The notes below the pieces were generated by a model. It did no database searches. It was not told where the DNA came from and saw only the letters and a list, made by a program, of their open reading frames with translations. From Carcharhinus longimanus (taxonomy: Eukaryota), in assembly GCA_030264375.1 (NCBI GenBank), contig JASCQW010000109.1, positions 28,896,798 to 28,960,797 on the forward strand: a DNA stretch of 64,000 bases, read 5' to 3'. This document shows positions 12,301 to 26,069 of this stretch, piece by piece. Numbering within the stretch: position 1 is the stretch's first letter; every line of letters begins with the position of its first letter. Made by a program: the position numbers and the translations under genes.

Positions 12301-14974
12301 ATCTTCCNNNNNNNNNNNNNNNNNNNNNNNNNNNNNNNNNNNNNNNNNNNNNNNNNNNNNNNNNNNNNNNNNNNNNNNNNNNNNNNNNNNNNNNNNNNNN
12401 NNNNNNNCTGTAATTTTCTTTGTTCTTGTTCTTTGTTCTATCTTCCCGGCACACTGTGCCAATCGACTGGTGCAGCAGGCTGAAAAGATTGCACCCATGG
12501 TCTGACTCATATGCGATTCCTGTCTTAAAGCAGCATAGCTGATTCTCCTTCCTCAATTAGGCATGTAAAACAAACGATGGGCCTTTGAGTGCTACACATA
12601 CACATACCCACCACTGCAACTTTAATACAACTCAGTATTGTATAGCTCCAAAACTTAACAACATCAATTTGCCATGTGTCAGTGGATGATTGGCAAGCGG
12701 CAGGTATATTGGACAACACTGACGAATATAATAGTCTATGCAACCATGAGGTAATAACAGCTCACAATAAATCTGCCCTTGCTTAACAGTCATACACCAC
12801 TGTCTGGCAAGGGTTGCTGGAAATATATAATGACCTGAAAGTTGATTTAATTTTGATGAAAATGTTATCTGTGGGACAAACATTGGCCAGGAAACAACAA
12901 CAATTTCAAATGCTATGGGACCGTTTATATCTGATGAAAAAACTTAAGCTTCAATCAAAAGATTTTGGCAGAATGATTTTAAATTCAATAAACTTTTGTG
13001 CTAATTGAAAAAAATTGAAGTTAATAGATGATGTCATATCAGATTCAGATCAACACACATTGGCATTCAGCAGGAATTTATGGCCTCATTTGGGTGAGAC
13101 CGGAAACTCCCACCCGAGTTCAACTGAGATTTCCGGTGACTGATCCTCACGCATGCCATTTCCGTGGTGGGTGAGGTGGTAGAGTTCAGGCCAGAATCTA
13201 CCTTTTTAAAGTCATTAACAAACACCATGTTCATTATTTCTGACTTATATTATCTTCATTCAATATTAGGTAAGCATTAAAATGAACATAACCTTGAAGC
13301 TACTGTTGGTTCAGAGTAGATGAGTGCACAGCAGGAAACCATTGTTGAATAAAGTTAATCTGCTTACAACAGTGTAAAAACTGCAATCAACAAGCTTGTG
13401 GTTAGCGACAGTGAACATCTCACATTGGCAGAAGTGGTTCCTTTAGTCTAAATTTGCTTCTTTTTTGGAGTCTAATAACTTTGTCCACAAATTTTTAAGT
13501 ACATTGGTGTCTACTGAATGAATCTCAACTCCTTGGGTGGAATTCTGTTTTTGAGATGAAGTGAGGTGATGGGCAGAGTGGCAGGAACCTGCCCCAGATT
13601 CAGCCTTTGGAACCTCATTTATTATGCACAGATACATTCCACTTGAATCTGCTAGCAGGCTGGAAGCTGATTCACCAATCAACCATCAGTTCAAAGGTCC
13701 TGACACCATAGTTAAGCACCAGTCCAGCACACTCACATCCCTCTCTCCAACCCACCTGTCTTCACCAGATCATGCAGAATGTCAGCACCCCAGGAGAAAA
13801 AGGTGAGCAGCCTCAAGAAGAAATCCGTTCCTTGATTCAACGACCCTTCCACTGAACCCATCATCTGCGATGCACGCATGCCCCATTTGGACCTCAATCC
13901 ACCATATCTGGAGTCTACATCCATCCCCTTCTAATAAACAATATGGTATTCCTTTGACCCCTTTCTTTGTGAGCTTTTTATGCAGTTTTGTCATTCTCTA
14001 GCTTCCCTCCCCTCATTGTTCATCTTCTTCACCTACATCCTTGCCCCGTTGCCTGTCATCATGAGCCTTCATCCTGCCTCCTCTCTTTGCACAGCCCGCG
14101 TTCCACACTTCACCCCCCATCCCTCCACTATCTTCATTAGATGACCATAGCTTTCAAATTCTTCATAGCTAGCTCCTTCCAATGATCATCTGCAAGTTTT
14201 CATAATCTGCAACTCAGACAAGAATCACCCAGGTCACTGATGTTTTGCTTACCAAGGCTACAAACTATATATACACCTGGTTCTGTGTGGACTTATGTAG
14301 TTATACTTCATTTGAATATTATATTTGCAGCAAAGTATTCCTCTTCTGTCATCTTCAAACACACTCATTTCCTCAGTCAACCAGCTAACCATCACAGTCA
14401 CACGCTTACCGCTTCATCAAGGATATCATTCCATTCAGCAGAAGAAAACTAATGGAGGATGCATTAAAGTAGATGGGGTGTGAATGAATAGTTTACATCA
14501 GTTCATGCTTTCATTGAAATAAAGAACATTACTGAAACATTAACACCCAGCTGAATCATTTTGTGCAACCAAGACATCTTCCTCTTAACATTCTGTTATT
14601 TCTACATGATGCTATCAATAGGCTTCAGCAGGAGACTTGCTCATTCTCCTACTTTGACACCAAGGTTGCCATGACAGACATCCTCATGGTTTTAGAGCCT
14701 ATGAGGATTCTGCTAGGACTGCCCCACTTGTGCAGGGGTAGACTGGAACACTGGTATAGGAGGCAGAATGTGCAGCTCTATCTGAGGCAGGGAAGGACAA
14801 GGTCCTGGGCAGCACACTCATGCCACTTACTCCTGTGCTACTTCTAGCCACATGTAAAGAAGACTTTGCTTCTGGCCCTCACTGCATCCATCATTATTAT
14901 CTCCAGGGTCAGTCTGAGAACTGGGCTGGTCATCTTCTGCATCACAAATGTCAGTCTACAGTCAATCCAATCCC

Positions 14975-15220
14975 ATTTCATATAATAGCAAGGAATGGCT
15001 GAAGGCACTGGATACCGTGAAGGCTGTGGGCCCTGACAACATTCCGGCAATTGTACTGAAGACTTGTTCTCCAGAACTTTCCTTAGCAAAGCTGTTCCAG
15101 TACAGCTATGACACTGTCATAACGTGAAAATGTGGAATTTGTCCACATATATTTAGTCTGCCAAAAAGTAGGACAAATCAAACTTGACCAATTATAACCC
15201 CTTCAGTCAGCTATTGATCT
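14975..15220 (+). mobile_element. LINE RT N-terminal fragment (CR1/L2 group)
   Basis: Translates LKALDTVKAVGPDNIPAIVLKTCSPEL..LAKLFQYSY..KK.DKSN..NY.P. Confidence 0.8.
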
Positions 15221-15319
15221 CTTCTTGGTCTTAAAGTTTAAAGTTTATTTTATTATTTTCACAAATGGGCTTACATTAAAGCTGCAATGAAGTTACTATG
15301 AAAATCCCCACGAATGTGA

Positions 15320-15580
15320 AAATCTCATTAACTGTCCTGGTTTAACACAATTCACAACTCTTTAACCTGCGCTTAACCCTCTCTCCACTTACATTGTCTG
15401 CATCTGTAAAGATTTGATTACCTGTTAACACTCGCATTCCAACCAGAGTTTGTGTCTATATATATCCTGTTTGTGAAACAAATCCTGCACTCACCTGATG
15501 AAGGATCAGTGCTCCAAAAGCTTGTGCTACCAAATAAACCTGTTGGACTTTAACCTGGTGTTGTGAGACCACTTACTGTA
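15320..15580 (+). mobile_element. Penelope-like element terminal (pLTR) remnant with decayed hammerhead motif
   Basis: tatatat, cacCTGATGAaggatcagtgctccAAAAgcttgtg and aataaa in the order typical of Penelope pLTRs. Confidence 0.6.
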
Positions 15581-17397
15581 CAATCAGTTTGATGTGGCTG
15601 ACATAATGATGTGAGGCTTGCAGTCATCCTAAATTTGTGAGGGTGAGCTGAAGCACCTGTTAAGTATGAATCCTGATTGATAGAAATGGTTGGCATGGGT
15701 GTGGTGATTTGTGTCGTGTTTGAGGCCAGTGGTATAGGTGATAAGAGTGGCATTTGAAGATGCATGCACTGACCTTGATCACTCATTAAACTTTGTGCAA
15801 CACTACACCCAGGTCCCCATGTCTCAACTCCTGGCATTGTCAGGCCATGGCTATTTCCTCTCACTGCCTTTTCTCCTGACCTCAGTGGAGATAGGACATT
15901 CTTCTCCTATCCACCTCTGCCACCGAAACTTCCAGTGCAACAATGGAAAAGCTTGGTGCATGCTCTGTCCCATGGCCAGAACAGTGCAGTACTATTCCAA
16001 AAGATGTCAATGCCTTCAGTAACCTCAATACACTTTCTCCTTCAGAGGTGGCAGCTAGCTTTAAGCAGCGCTGAAACAGGCCACCAATGAATATCTCACT
16101 TCGCATTCACTTTCGGTTTGCATATGGAAATTATGATGTGGAGATACTGGCGTTGGACTGGGGTAAGCACAGTAAGAAGTCTCTCAACACCAGGTTAAAG
16201 TCCAACCAGTTATGCCAATGAGCAAGTCTCAGCACAAAGCTGTTATGCTGATTGAATTACATTGCGGTAATCTTTTCAATCCCTCTGCCCATTTTCTGGA
16301 ACTAACCAATTTAGTCTTCACTTCCTCACTTTTCACGTTCTGATATACTGTTGTATATTCTCAGCTTTTTCTCTCTCTATGCCATTTACTTCAAGTTGCT
16401 TTTGTTATTTCCTGCTTCTCACTCCCTTTCGATGTTCCCATTTATTTCAACAGATTTTCACCCATGATGTATTTATGTATCCATTCATAGTTTATTTTTA
16501 AACCAAATGATCAGGGAAAGATTTATTTTTCCTCACGTCACCATAAAAGGAATTGAAAGCTTATTCTAAATGAAAAACGTAATGAAAACCTTCACATATC
16601 TCTGGTCAGGAACTCTGACTGTCAGCCTGACTGTAAACTCACCATGGTATTATCAATCACTGTATAAACTGACCTATCTCATACAGCCCTTATTGGAAGG
16701 TGGTTCATCTCTCCTGGGAGTATATGTTGAGCTTGAAATGAACCCTTTAAGAGTACATAAATTTCAGTTGACGTGTGGTCATAAGTAAAATGCTCAAGAT
16801 CTCATCGTCAAGAAATGAAAATTGAATCGTCCCAAAAAAAGTCCTGATTTCAAAGCTAGCTGTTTTGCATTTATTTTGCTTTTCTCTTTTAGATTTTTAA
16901 TATAAGTAAAGTTCTTTTTCTCCCAAGCAGAAATAAGACTTCATTTACATGAAACCTGTACTAATAGAAATTAGTTTTAGAGAATTTTTAGAAGAAAAAC
17001 CGCTGTACTGTTTCTTAATGGAGATCCTAAGAGCCAGCAACATAAAGCTTAATGTGCCATTCTAGTTTGGTGATTAGTGATAAATTTTGATTACCAATCC
17101 TAAACAAGCTATCAAATACAGTGATCTCATTTTCTAACATTGAACCGAACCTGATGCTTGGGACTAGGACAGTGATGCATTCCAAAAATTATTGCAAGAC
17201 AGATTGTTAAAGGATAACTCATGTTAATAATGTAGGGTTATCTTTGGGCTGCAGAGTCTACATCACTCAATGCACCTCTATGACTCTATGACGTCTGGGA
17301 GATAGCTTCACTTCACTGTGGAGACTGGTTGTAGTCCCAGCAGTGGCCACAATTATCTTCTAGTGCTGCTGGGTGAATAGGGCAGGATAAATAATTG

Positions 17398-17520
17398 TCT
17401 GATTTGATTTGATGCATTATTGTCACATGTATTGAGGTACAGTGAAAAGTATTGTTTCTTGTGTGCTATACAGTCAGAACATACTGGTCATAGAGTATAT
17501 TGAGGAGAAGGAAAGGATAG
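17398..17520 (-). mobile_element. Rex/Babar LINE 3' tail
   Basis: Same sequence and (TTTGA)n end as 43318-43430. Confidence 0.7.
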
Positions 17521-17594
17521 AACATAAGAACATAAGAAATAGGAGCAGGAGTAGGCCATCTGGCCCTTCGAGCCTGCCCCACCATTCAATAAGA
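17521..17594 (-). mobile_element. Young CR1 3' end abutting a gap
   Basis: aacataagaacataagaaataggagcaggagtaggcc; near-identical to the reverse complement of 22540-22613. Confidence 0.8.
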
Positions 17595-18739
17595 NNNNNN
17601 NNNNNNNNNNNNNNNNNNNNNNNNNNNNNNNNNNNNNNNNNNNNNNNNNNNNNNNNNNNNNNNNNNNNNNNNNNNNNNNNNNNNNNNNNNNNNNNNNNNN
17701 NNNNNNNNNNNNNNNNNNNNNNNNNNNNNNNNNNNNNNNNNNNNNNNNNNNNNNNNNNNNNNNNNNNNNNNNNNNNNNNNNNNNNNNNNNNNNNNNNNNN
17801 NNNNNNNNNNNNNNNNNNNNNNNNNNNNNNNNNNNNNNNNNNNNNNNNNNNNNNNNNNNNNNNNNNNNNNNNNNNNNNNNNNNNNNNNNNNNNNNNNNNN
17901 NNNNNNNNNNNNNNNNNNNNNNNNNNNNNNNNNNNNNNNNNNNNNNNNNNNNNNNNNNNNNNNNNNNNNNNNNNNNNNNNNNNNNNNNNNNNNNNNNNNN
18001 NNNNNNNNNNNNNNNNNNNNNNNNNNNNNNNNNNNNNNNNNNNNNNNNNNNNNNNNNNNNNNNNNNNNNNNNNNNNNNNNNNNNNNNNNNNNNNNNNNNN
18101 NNNNNNNNNNNNNNNNNNNNNNNNNNNNNNNNNNNNNNNNNNNNNNNNNNNNNNNNNNNNNNNNNNNNNNNNNNNNNNNNNNNNNNNNNNNNNNNNNNNN
18201 NNNNNNNNNNNNNNNNNNNNNNNNNNNNNNNNNNNNNNNNNNNNNNNNNNNNNNNNNNNNNNNNNNNNNNNNNNNNNNNNNNNNNNNNNNNNNNNNNNNN
18301 NNNNNNNNNNNNNNNNNTTCTTTTTGCATACAGTGGCAAAGCAATTTAATATTGTTTGCACTGTTGCAGGTGACGCTGCGAGATCAGTTGCGATTATGGC
18401 ATCATAATAAAACGTATTGTGTGGCTTTGAGCTGAGAATAGGCAAAAACCTAGATAAATTTCTGTAAAAAGCAGGCTCCTTTGCTCTGTAGCCTTGAGTT
18501 GCTGATGTGAGATAAATATGACAGCCTTCTCCTCGCTCTTCAATTATGATGAGGCTGGAGAGGAAGTTCTGGTAGATTAAATTTAATACATAAAAGTTAA
18601 GTTACAGATGCCACCCCAGGTTTATATTTACTCAGAATTAGGTATCCTTTTATAGAGGTTCTTTAGTGATGAAGTGAAATCTGCTATATTGATTTTCCAT
18701 TGGCATTTACTTTGTTCTTCTATTCATCAAAAGGATGTG

Positions 18740-19050
18740 GCTTTAATTCCACTCTAGACCTTGAGCTTCTCACGGAAGCTGATAATTCACTGCAGCACTG
18801 ATAATGTGATATAATAGTAGAAGTGCTGCCTCTTGGACTGCTGTTTGAGGCCTTGGTTGCCTGTTTGGATAAAATGCAAGTGGAGGCTTGTGTCTTTCTC
18901 AATGTTTATCTCTCCGTCCATACCACAAAAAAGGAGAGTTTTTTTAATCACATCTTCTGTTTGTGGAATCTTGCTGTGTACAACATAGCTGCTGTATAAG
19001 AGTGATGGTATTTCCAAAGTAATTTGTAAGCATGTGAGAAGTTTCTGTGC
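18740..19050 (+). mobile_element. Old Deu-domain SINE (SacSINE1/AmnSINE-like), decayed
   Basis: tgcagcactga..gtgctgcc and ctgtttgtggaatcttgctgtgtacaa..gctgc resemble the recalled DeuSINE consensus. Confidence 0.5.
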
Positions 19051-19314
19051 TGGGGCCTAGGCAGATATTAATTTTGGGGCCTCATCTTTATTGGTAGATT
19101 GGAATTGAACACACACATAATGGGAATCACTGCACAGTGTGCTTATACGGCAGGCGAGAACAGGAATTCTGGTGGCAGAAGTCACATATTGTGAATCCAT
19201 GGGAGCAGTCTCTGTTTAAAGAAAGGTAAGAGGAATACAGGTTGGGAATCTCTAACGTGCAAGGTGTAGGGATGTTAGGGAAGTTCAGAACAGAAAGTTT
19301 CTTTTATGATAGAT

Positions 19315-19470
19315 GGACTGTGGGAGGAAACTAGAGCACCCAGAGAAAACCTACGCAGACACAGGGTGAGTGTGGAAATTCCACACAGACAACGACCCAA
19401 GCTGGGATTTGAACCCGGGTTCCTGGTGCTGCAAGACAGCGGTGCTAACCACTGTGCCACCCTGCCACCC
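19315..19470 (-). mobile_element. V-SINE 5' half
   Basis: Reverse complement of head and V-domain. Confidence 0.85.
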
Positions 19471-20191
19471 AAATGAAAATCCCCATCTCTGAGATTTTTC
19501 ATTATCTGCTACAATGTAGATGGAGAATAATCAGAAAATCCAAGATAGAGATTCAAGCACCTATACTTTTGAATAGATTAGCGAACTAAGATATTTTCTT
19601 TTACAGCTCTCTATGAAACATCATGAAATCTGATCTCAATCTCAGTACTGAAAAATCAGCTGCTGGCTGACAAAATCACTGCTGCTTTTACATCAAGGAT
19701 TTTAATCACTCAAATGAAGCAGTTACACCAAATTAGTGTACCTCCACGTAAGTCAAACACCAATGATGTGCATCACAAAGGAAATGAATTATGCACTGCA
19801 GCAATTGACTCTGTGGTGCCCATTATTTAGATTCTGCATTGCTGCTTTGTTTTCGAAATGGTGTCCACGATGCACACGCACACACGTGGCGTGGACCATA
19901 TGTCGGGCACCATTTTAGCTAGGCCATGAATTTGGATTCAGGGAGCAGCATAGTGGAGTAGGCAAATTTGTAACACTGATTTGATGCCAGCAGTGTTGTT
20001 TTGGAGCTCAGTGCTCCAATGACCACTCTTTCCAAACCTCACACAGCTAACCATGTGTTCAGCAGTGGAACAAGCTCATTCAGCATTGTTTTAAAGGGAT
20101 CATTAACTACTTTCAGGCTGGAATACATATAATTGTCATGCCGTAGAGAAACAGGCAGCACAAGTATGCAGCTTCTTAATGATTGGTAAAC

Positions 20192-20215
20192 CACACACAC
20201 ACACACACACACACA
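20192..20215. repeat. (CA)n microsatellite
   Basis: Direct reading. Confidence 0.95.
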
Positions 20216-20249
20216 TCTGGAGACTGCATGGAACTGGAAAGAAATCAAC

Positions 20250-20640
20250 TAGCTCTATGTGCAGCTGATGTACAGCATAGTTGACAGTGCCCAGTATCCC
20301 AGCAGCAAACATGATGCCTTTACTCTATGGCAGTCCACTATAACATTTGCATTTGAGCCACCACGACAAACCAGAAGATAAGTAGTGGATGATAAGGGCT
20401 ATGCACTGATGACATGCCTCATGAATCTGGTGGGCAACCTATGCACATGTGGGCAACATGCTTATATTGAAAGCCACACAAAATGTGATTGAGTTGACCA
20501 GCAGCACTTAAGCAATACTTCACTCTCTAGACAGCTCTGGAGGAGGCCTGTACTATCCTGCTGAGTGCATGTCAAGATTCATTATGGTCTGCACTCCATA
20601 TTTCACATCCTCTCCTTCATGAGGGCATTACCTTCATGCC
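20250..20640 (+). mobile_element. PIF/Harbinger DDE transposase fragment (decayed)
   Basis: Translates AQYPSSKHDAFTLWQS..DDKGYALMTCLMN..LDSSGGGLYYPAECMSRFIMVC, matching the HARBI1-type YPGS.HD / GD.GYPL / LD.SGG.LQY motifs. Confidence 0.8.
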
Positions 20641-22539
20641 CAACTAAGACCAAGAGAAAGAACAAGAGGAAGAGAGGAGAAAGAGGAAGGAAAAAGACAA
20701 GTAACACTGCTTCTTTCAAGTGGGTCTGTTCATGATCAACTGATCTGATGAAGTTACTAGTGAATGCAGCCCCAAATCCACATTCAACAACAGTCCCACA
20801 TTTTCCACTCCTCTGTTACTGATCACCACAGTGTTGTCTTACTTACAATGCTGAAATATAAGCTCCAAGAAAACAAGCATTCCAAAACAATGGATGGAAA
20901 TTTGGTTGCAGGGCAAATATCCCAGTGGTAGGACCGGAAATGAATGGGAATTCCGTTCGGAGGCCTCGCACAATCACAAGGTGGGCCACCAATAATTAGC
21001 TGTGCACAGCCGAGGGGCGCGGGTAATTGTGTGATGGGGGCAGCCAAGGAGTAACTGACCCCGTTGTTACCTCACAGTGGTCAAAGATCCAGACACTATA
21101 TTTAAGTGACACTTGCAAAGTCATTCACTCCTTGCAAGTCCTAGCAGCAGCATTCTGCCTGTCTGAGGGGAGGAGTGTGAGCTTGAACTGCTGACACCTC
21201 CTTCCCAACCACTACATTTGGAATCCTGGAGCTGTAAACTATCATCTTGCACCTCTTCCAATCATCCTTGAGCTTCCCTCCATCACCCTCGACCTTCCCT
21301 CTCTCACCCAGCACTGCTTTCTGTGAACCATGAGCTACCTGACACTACCCTTCATCAACTGTCTGTTTGCCTAGAGCTGTCCCCAGTCTCCATTGCCCCA
21401 TCCTACACCCAATCTTCTGGACCTGTCCCCCTTTCCTTTAATCTGCAAACTATCACCCCTCCTTTATCACCACCTGACATCAATTACCCTCAACAATCCC
21501 AGCATCACCATTAATCAGTCCTCAATCATTCTTGACCTCTCCTCTAGCATATGCTTGAGTTGTCTTGGGCAGAGAGTGACCTTTGTTCTGTTATCCAACA
21601 ATTCCCTTCTAACTTTCTTAGGGCCACCATGACCTAACCTTTCTCCTTTGAGCAGCCATGACCTGACCTCACTGAACAGCTACCACTAAATGCAACAACT
21701 CAGCTTGTCTCCCCTGGTCCAAAGGAGTTCCCACATGAGGAAGGCAGCTCCTACTCACTCCAAATCCACCAGGAAGATTGCCTTGCCTGGTGCGTGATAC
21801 CTTTAACCAGTCATGAAAGTGAAAACATGTGTTCCTCATTCTGCTGTAAACTTAATCGCAAAGGGCAATTTAAGCTGGCAACCATGTGTTTTAATGAGTA
21901 TGGGTGACATGCTAATTCATTAAAAATAGGTTTCCGCCATTTACCACCAGCAAACACAATTCACCACCAATTTACTTCCCAACTTTCATCCCATTGTTGG
22001 GAGGCTGATACTTAACCCCATCCACCTCATTTTCCACTCCCAAGAACTTCATTTAATTTTGCCCTGTGTGTGCATTCATCGGTGCATCCCTAAATCCCAC
22101 AAAGAACAAAGGTTTGGAGCACCACTTTGCTAGCCTTTCTTGTAATGACACCACCTGTAATTATTGATCAAAGTTAGTTCATGTGCCACCTTTGAGAATA
22201 CATTTAGGAATTGCAATTAGAAGTTGATGTCTTGTCTAGAAGGTGTCAGAGCTTGACGTAAATTCTTAAATGTTTGGTTCCTTGTTTATTCAGGCACAGC
22301 AGAATGACCCTTCTGCTATGAANNNNNNNNNNNNNNNNNNNNNNNNNNNNNNNNNNNNNNNNNNNNNNNNNNNNNNNNNNNNNNNNNNNNNNNNNNNNNN
22401 NNNNNNNNNNNNNNNNNNNNNNNNNNNNNNNNNNNNNNNNNNNNNNNNNNNNNNNNNNNNNNNNNNNNNNNNNNNNNNNNNNNNNNNNNNNNNNNNNNNN
22501 NNNNNNNNNNNNNNNNNNNNNNNNNNNNNNNNNNNNNNT

Positions 22540-22613
22540 ATTGAATGGTGGGGCAGGCTCGAAGGGCTAGATGGCCTACTCCTGCTCCTATTTCTTATGT
22601 TCTTATGTTCTTA
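22540..22613 (+). mobile_element. Young CR1 3' end abutting a gap
   Basis: gggcaggctcgaagggctagatggcctactcctgctcctatttcttatgttcttatg. Confidence 0.8.
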
Positions 22614-23539
22614 TTGATATGCCTTCTTCACTAGTTTTGGAATGTACTTAACTACCTCTAATTCCTCATTCATTATTTCAGCAGCTGTTTTTTATCAATC
22701 GGTTAATCTGTCCAAGTTCCCTCACATCCCACTAACATAAATAATTTCCAGTCTTTGACATTTACCTTTGACTGATCTAATGAATGCCTTTATTCTCCTG
22801 ACTTTGGCCAAACTTTTGTGAGTTTTGCATAGTCACTGGGAAGACACACCATCTGTTTCTGCCAACAAAAAAACTGACCCCCATTTCATCGGCAGCTGGA
22901 ACGGGCTGACCTGGAGAATCCATCCCCTGGATAATTAGACTCACTGCTTGAGCCAGTTAAAGAGCATCGTCCCTGAGGTCACTGGAGTTTAGCGGTGACT
23001 CAGGAAGTTTTCCAAAATCAGATGAATTTTCCATGCCTCCCGAAAGCACAAGAAACCAAAGCAAACACAAGTCCAGCAAACCCTGCTGGTTTGTCGGGGG
23101 CTTCCCAGAGGGCTCCGTCTTTTAAAGGCACCTAATCAAAAAACTGGCACTCGGAAGCAGGGTGACAGTAAACAGCCACCCCCGACCATTCTTGCGTCTG
23201 ATATTCCCTTCCCCTCAGTTCTCAATGACCACCAGCCTACCCATGTCCTTCTGTGTCAAGGGATCCAGGGTTGATCTGAATTACTGGCACCACTCTCAGT
23301 GGCACTGCTGGCAATGAGAGCTTCTGACCTGCTAATTAACCAGTAGCTCTTCAATGGTGCAGTTTTTACCTGATTTGTGCCTGATTGCACTCATAGCTTC
23401 AAGTGCACCTTGGAAATGACCAGTTGTCCATGAGGAAGGGGGAAGGAATAAGAGGCCTGGAAACAGGAGAATAACAAGGGCCCATGATTTCTCTCCCTGG
23501 GCACACATCCGGGTTCTCCATGCCAAATTGGGAGCTTTA

Positions 23540-23700
23540 CTTGCCATTTTCTGGCTCCATGATTCCCCCACCTGAAGACTTGCCTGGTTGGCTTCCTTGC
23601 ACCCTGAGAGAAAAATAGACTCTCTTCTGATCATACCCTGCACCAGCAAATCCAGGGCATCCAAAAACCTAGGGGCACACTCTTGTCTGCTACACCATTT
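23540..23700 (-). mobile_element. Harbinger Myb/SANT-like ORF fragment
   Basis: RQECAPRFLDALDLLVQGMIRRESIF...W resembles the R.RAPRFSD..LE.LV motif. Confidence 0.6.
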
Positions 23701-23960
23701 TAGGTCATTCCTGATGGTTTGCAAGCACTGCACAAAAAGTTTCAGACCCTGCTGCAGCCAGAATGCATCTTCCCTTTAAGAAGTGTGGTCTGGCTTTAAA
23801 TAACATAGGCTGACTTTGGGTGGTGATAATGTTGCATGAACTTGGGCCTCTGTTGAGGTATGCAACCATTGAACAATGCACTCAGTGCTGGGCTGTGGTT
23901 GTATTCACCTGGCCAAGTGACTTAATAGAGATGTTTAAAATCAGGAAGGGTTTAAACAGG

Positions 23961-24256
23961 TGGGCGACACAGTGGGACAGTGGTTAGCACTGCTGCCTCA
24001 CAGTGCCAGGGACCTGGCTTCGATTCCCAGCTTGAATCACTGTCAGTATGGAGTCTACACATTCTCCCCATTTCTCCCTGGGTTTCCTCCAGGTGCCCTG
24101 GTTTCCTCCCACAAAGGTGAGTGGGTTAGGTGGATTGGTCATGCTAAATTCTCTCTCAATATACCGCACCGGAGTGCGGGGGTGGTGGGGGGGGAACTAG
24201 GGGATTTTCATTGCAGTGTTAATGCAAACCTACTTGTGACACTAATAAATAAAGTT
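23961..24256 (+). mobile_element. V-SINE, alternative-tail subtype, nested in a CR1 remnant (about 23915-24575)
   Basis: Head and V-domain plus cctacttgtgacactaataaataaa tail; CR1 sequence resumes on both sides. Confidence 0.8.
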
Positions 24257-25399
24257 TGGGAAAAAAAAGAAGCTGTTTCCAATTGTTGAAGGGCCATTAA
24301 CCAGAAGGCATAATTTCAAAATGATTGACATAAAAACTAAGGATAACATGAGGAAAGCTTCTTTAGGCCAGGGCAGAGCCAATCCTGCCTGGTGGGATTT
24401 TACAGTGTTAATTAAAATGGTAATTTAAATGGCCCACCACAAGGGGGGGGGGGCGCGTGTAAATCCTGGCTAATGCATAACTAGGATTTGGAGTGCACTG
24501 CTTGATAAGTTAGTGGAAACAGATTAAATATTAGCCTTCAAAAGAAAATGGAATGAATACTTGAAGGAGAAAAACTTACTATATCTCAACCACTTCATTA
24601 TGACTTTACTCTATAATGTGAAAACCAACACAGTGTTTAGTATTTGTTTTCATGTTTACAGAACCAGCTGCCTCTATCTCTCTAATGTCCCTGTCTCGCT
24701 GCCAAGTTCCTAATTACCCAATCTTATTTGCTTACCTTCTCTCACAGAGAAAAAGACCTCAATCTGCCATCAGCTCGTTTACTGGCCTTCACTTAGCTTG
24801 AAAAATGAAAGGTTTTATTAAGAAATCACAGATTCCTTCAGGATACCTGACAAGAGTTAAATAGGTGTAATATAAGACGCATTTGCACACCTCATTGAAA
24901 AGCTTCAACGGTACAATTGCAAACAACTCTTCGAGCAAGACTCTGAGGGAAGTGTTCTCTTCCTCTTGTGTCTATGCTCTCCATGTAAATGATTACTAAT
25001 TCATATCTACAGTTGCTAACATTCCATTCAAGATTGTTATCTATGTGTTTTGGACACTTAAACCAATGTCTATTTTTATTCATCCAAACACAGAAAGCAG
25101 CCCTCAAGAATTTAAAGTCAGGCATGCTAACAAGCTGTTATATGACATCGGCACTGGAGAGGAAAAGTGAAAAATAACTCCATATCTTACACTGATTGGA
25201 ATTGGTTTTCCGATCACGTTACTCAGGCTCTGCCTTACAGAGTGCTGAGGTCCGGTTCTTAGCCAATTCCCTGCACAAATACTCAATTTGAACTTGTAAG
25301 TTATACTTACAGATCTCTGAATTAAAGTTGCTTTCAAGCTAATTAAAGACCATCTTTATCTGCTCAGTGCCTCAAGTTCTCTGTCCTAATAAACTACTG

Positions 25400-25820
25400 C
25401 CCCATCTCCAACCTCCTTTCTCTCTTCTCGAATGTGATGGCATCTCCCATGTGTTCGTCCCCTCCTTCCCCTCCCCATCACTGCATCCCATTAATCAGGT
25501 TTCTATCCCGTTACAATATGAAAACAGTCAAATTCATAGATGACAAACTATGTGAACGTGACTGTGGTAAGCTAACTCTTATTGGCCACTTTGCACTCTT
25601 TGACAAAGTTGATGAGACCGCCGTCCTCCAATACTTCTCCTCCATTGTCCTGCCGGATGGGACTACACTCATCCAGTTCCATTCTTAACTATTTATTAGT
25701 TGCCAGAGACTGACCTGCAGTGGCTTCTCTTTCCCCCACTGCATGTTATTGTTGGAGTCCCTGAGAATACATACTTGATTTCTCCAATTTCTCATGCTGC
25801 CCTTCAGTGACATTATCTAA
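25400..25820 (+). mobile_element. L2 LINE RT fragment
   Basis: GKLTLI..ALFDKVD..VLQ..G.TL..F.SY..Q resembles the L2 AAFDTVDH region. Confidence 0.65.
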
Positions 25821-26069
25821 AATCAAAATAAGATTGTAACAATAATAACAATGAAAGAACATTTACTGGTAATTTATTAAAATTCAAGAACTTCTGGAAC
25901 TTCCAAGTTTGCCCCTCCTATCCCCATATTACTTACCCTAATGTTTAAGATAAGCCCCAGATTGAAATCAGAGACAGGTCATGTGACCCAACTTTTGGGT
26001 GGAACATATACTGGATTTGAACAAATAAACAAAGACCGATAAAGGGAAAGTAGGGGCAAATGACACACT

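Noticed and set aside
17442-18445. Long ORFs of 250-320 aa
   Set aside because: They consist mostly of N-gap codons; the same applies at 22270 and 39676-40469.
17521-22613. Near-identical ~73-bp inverted repeats 5 kb apart, resembling TIRs
   Set aside because: Both are CR1 3' ends with microsatellite tails adjoining gaps; two young copies in opposite orientation is the simpler explanation.
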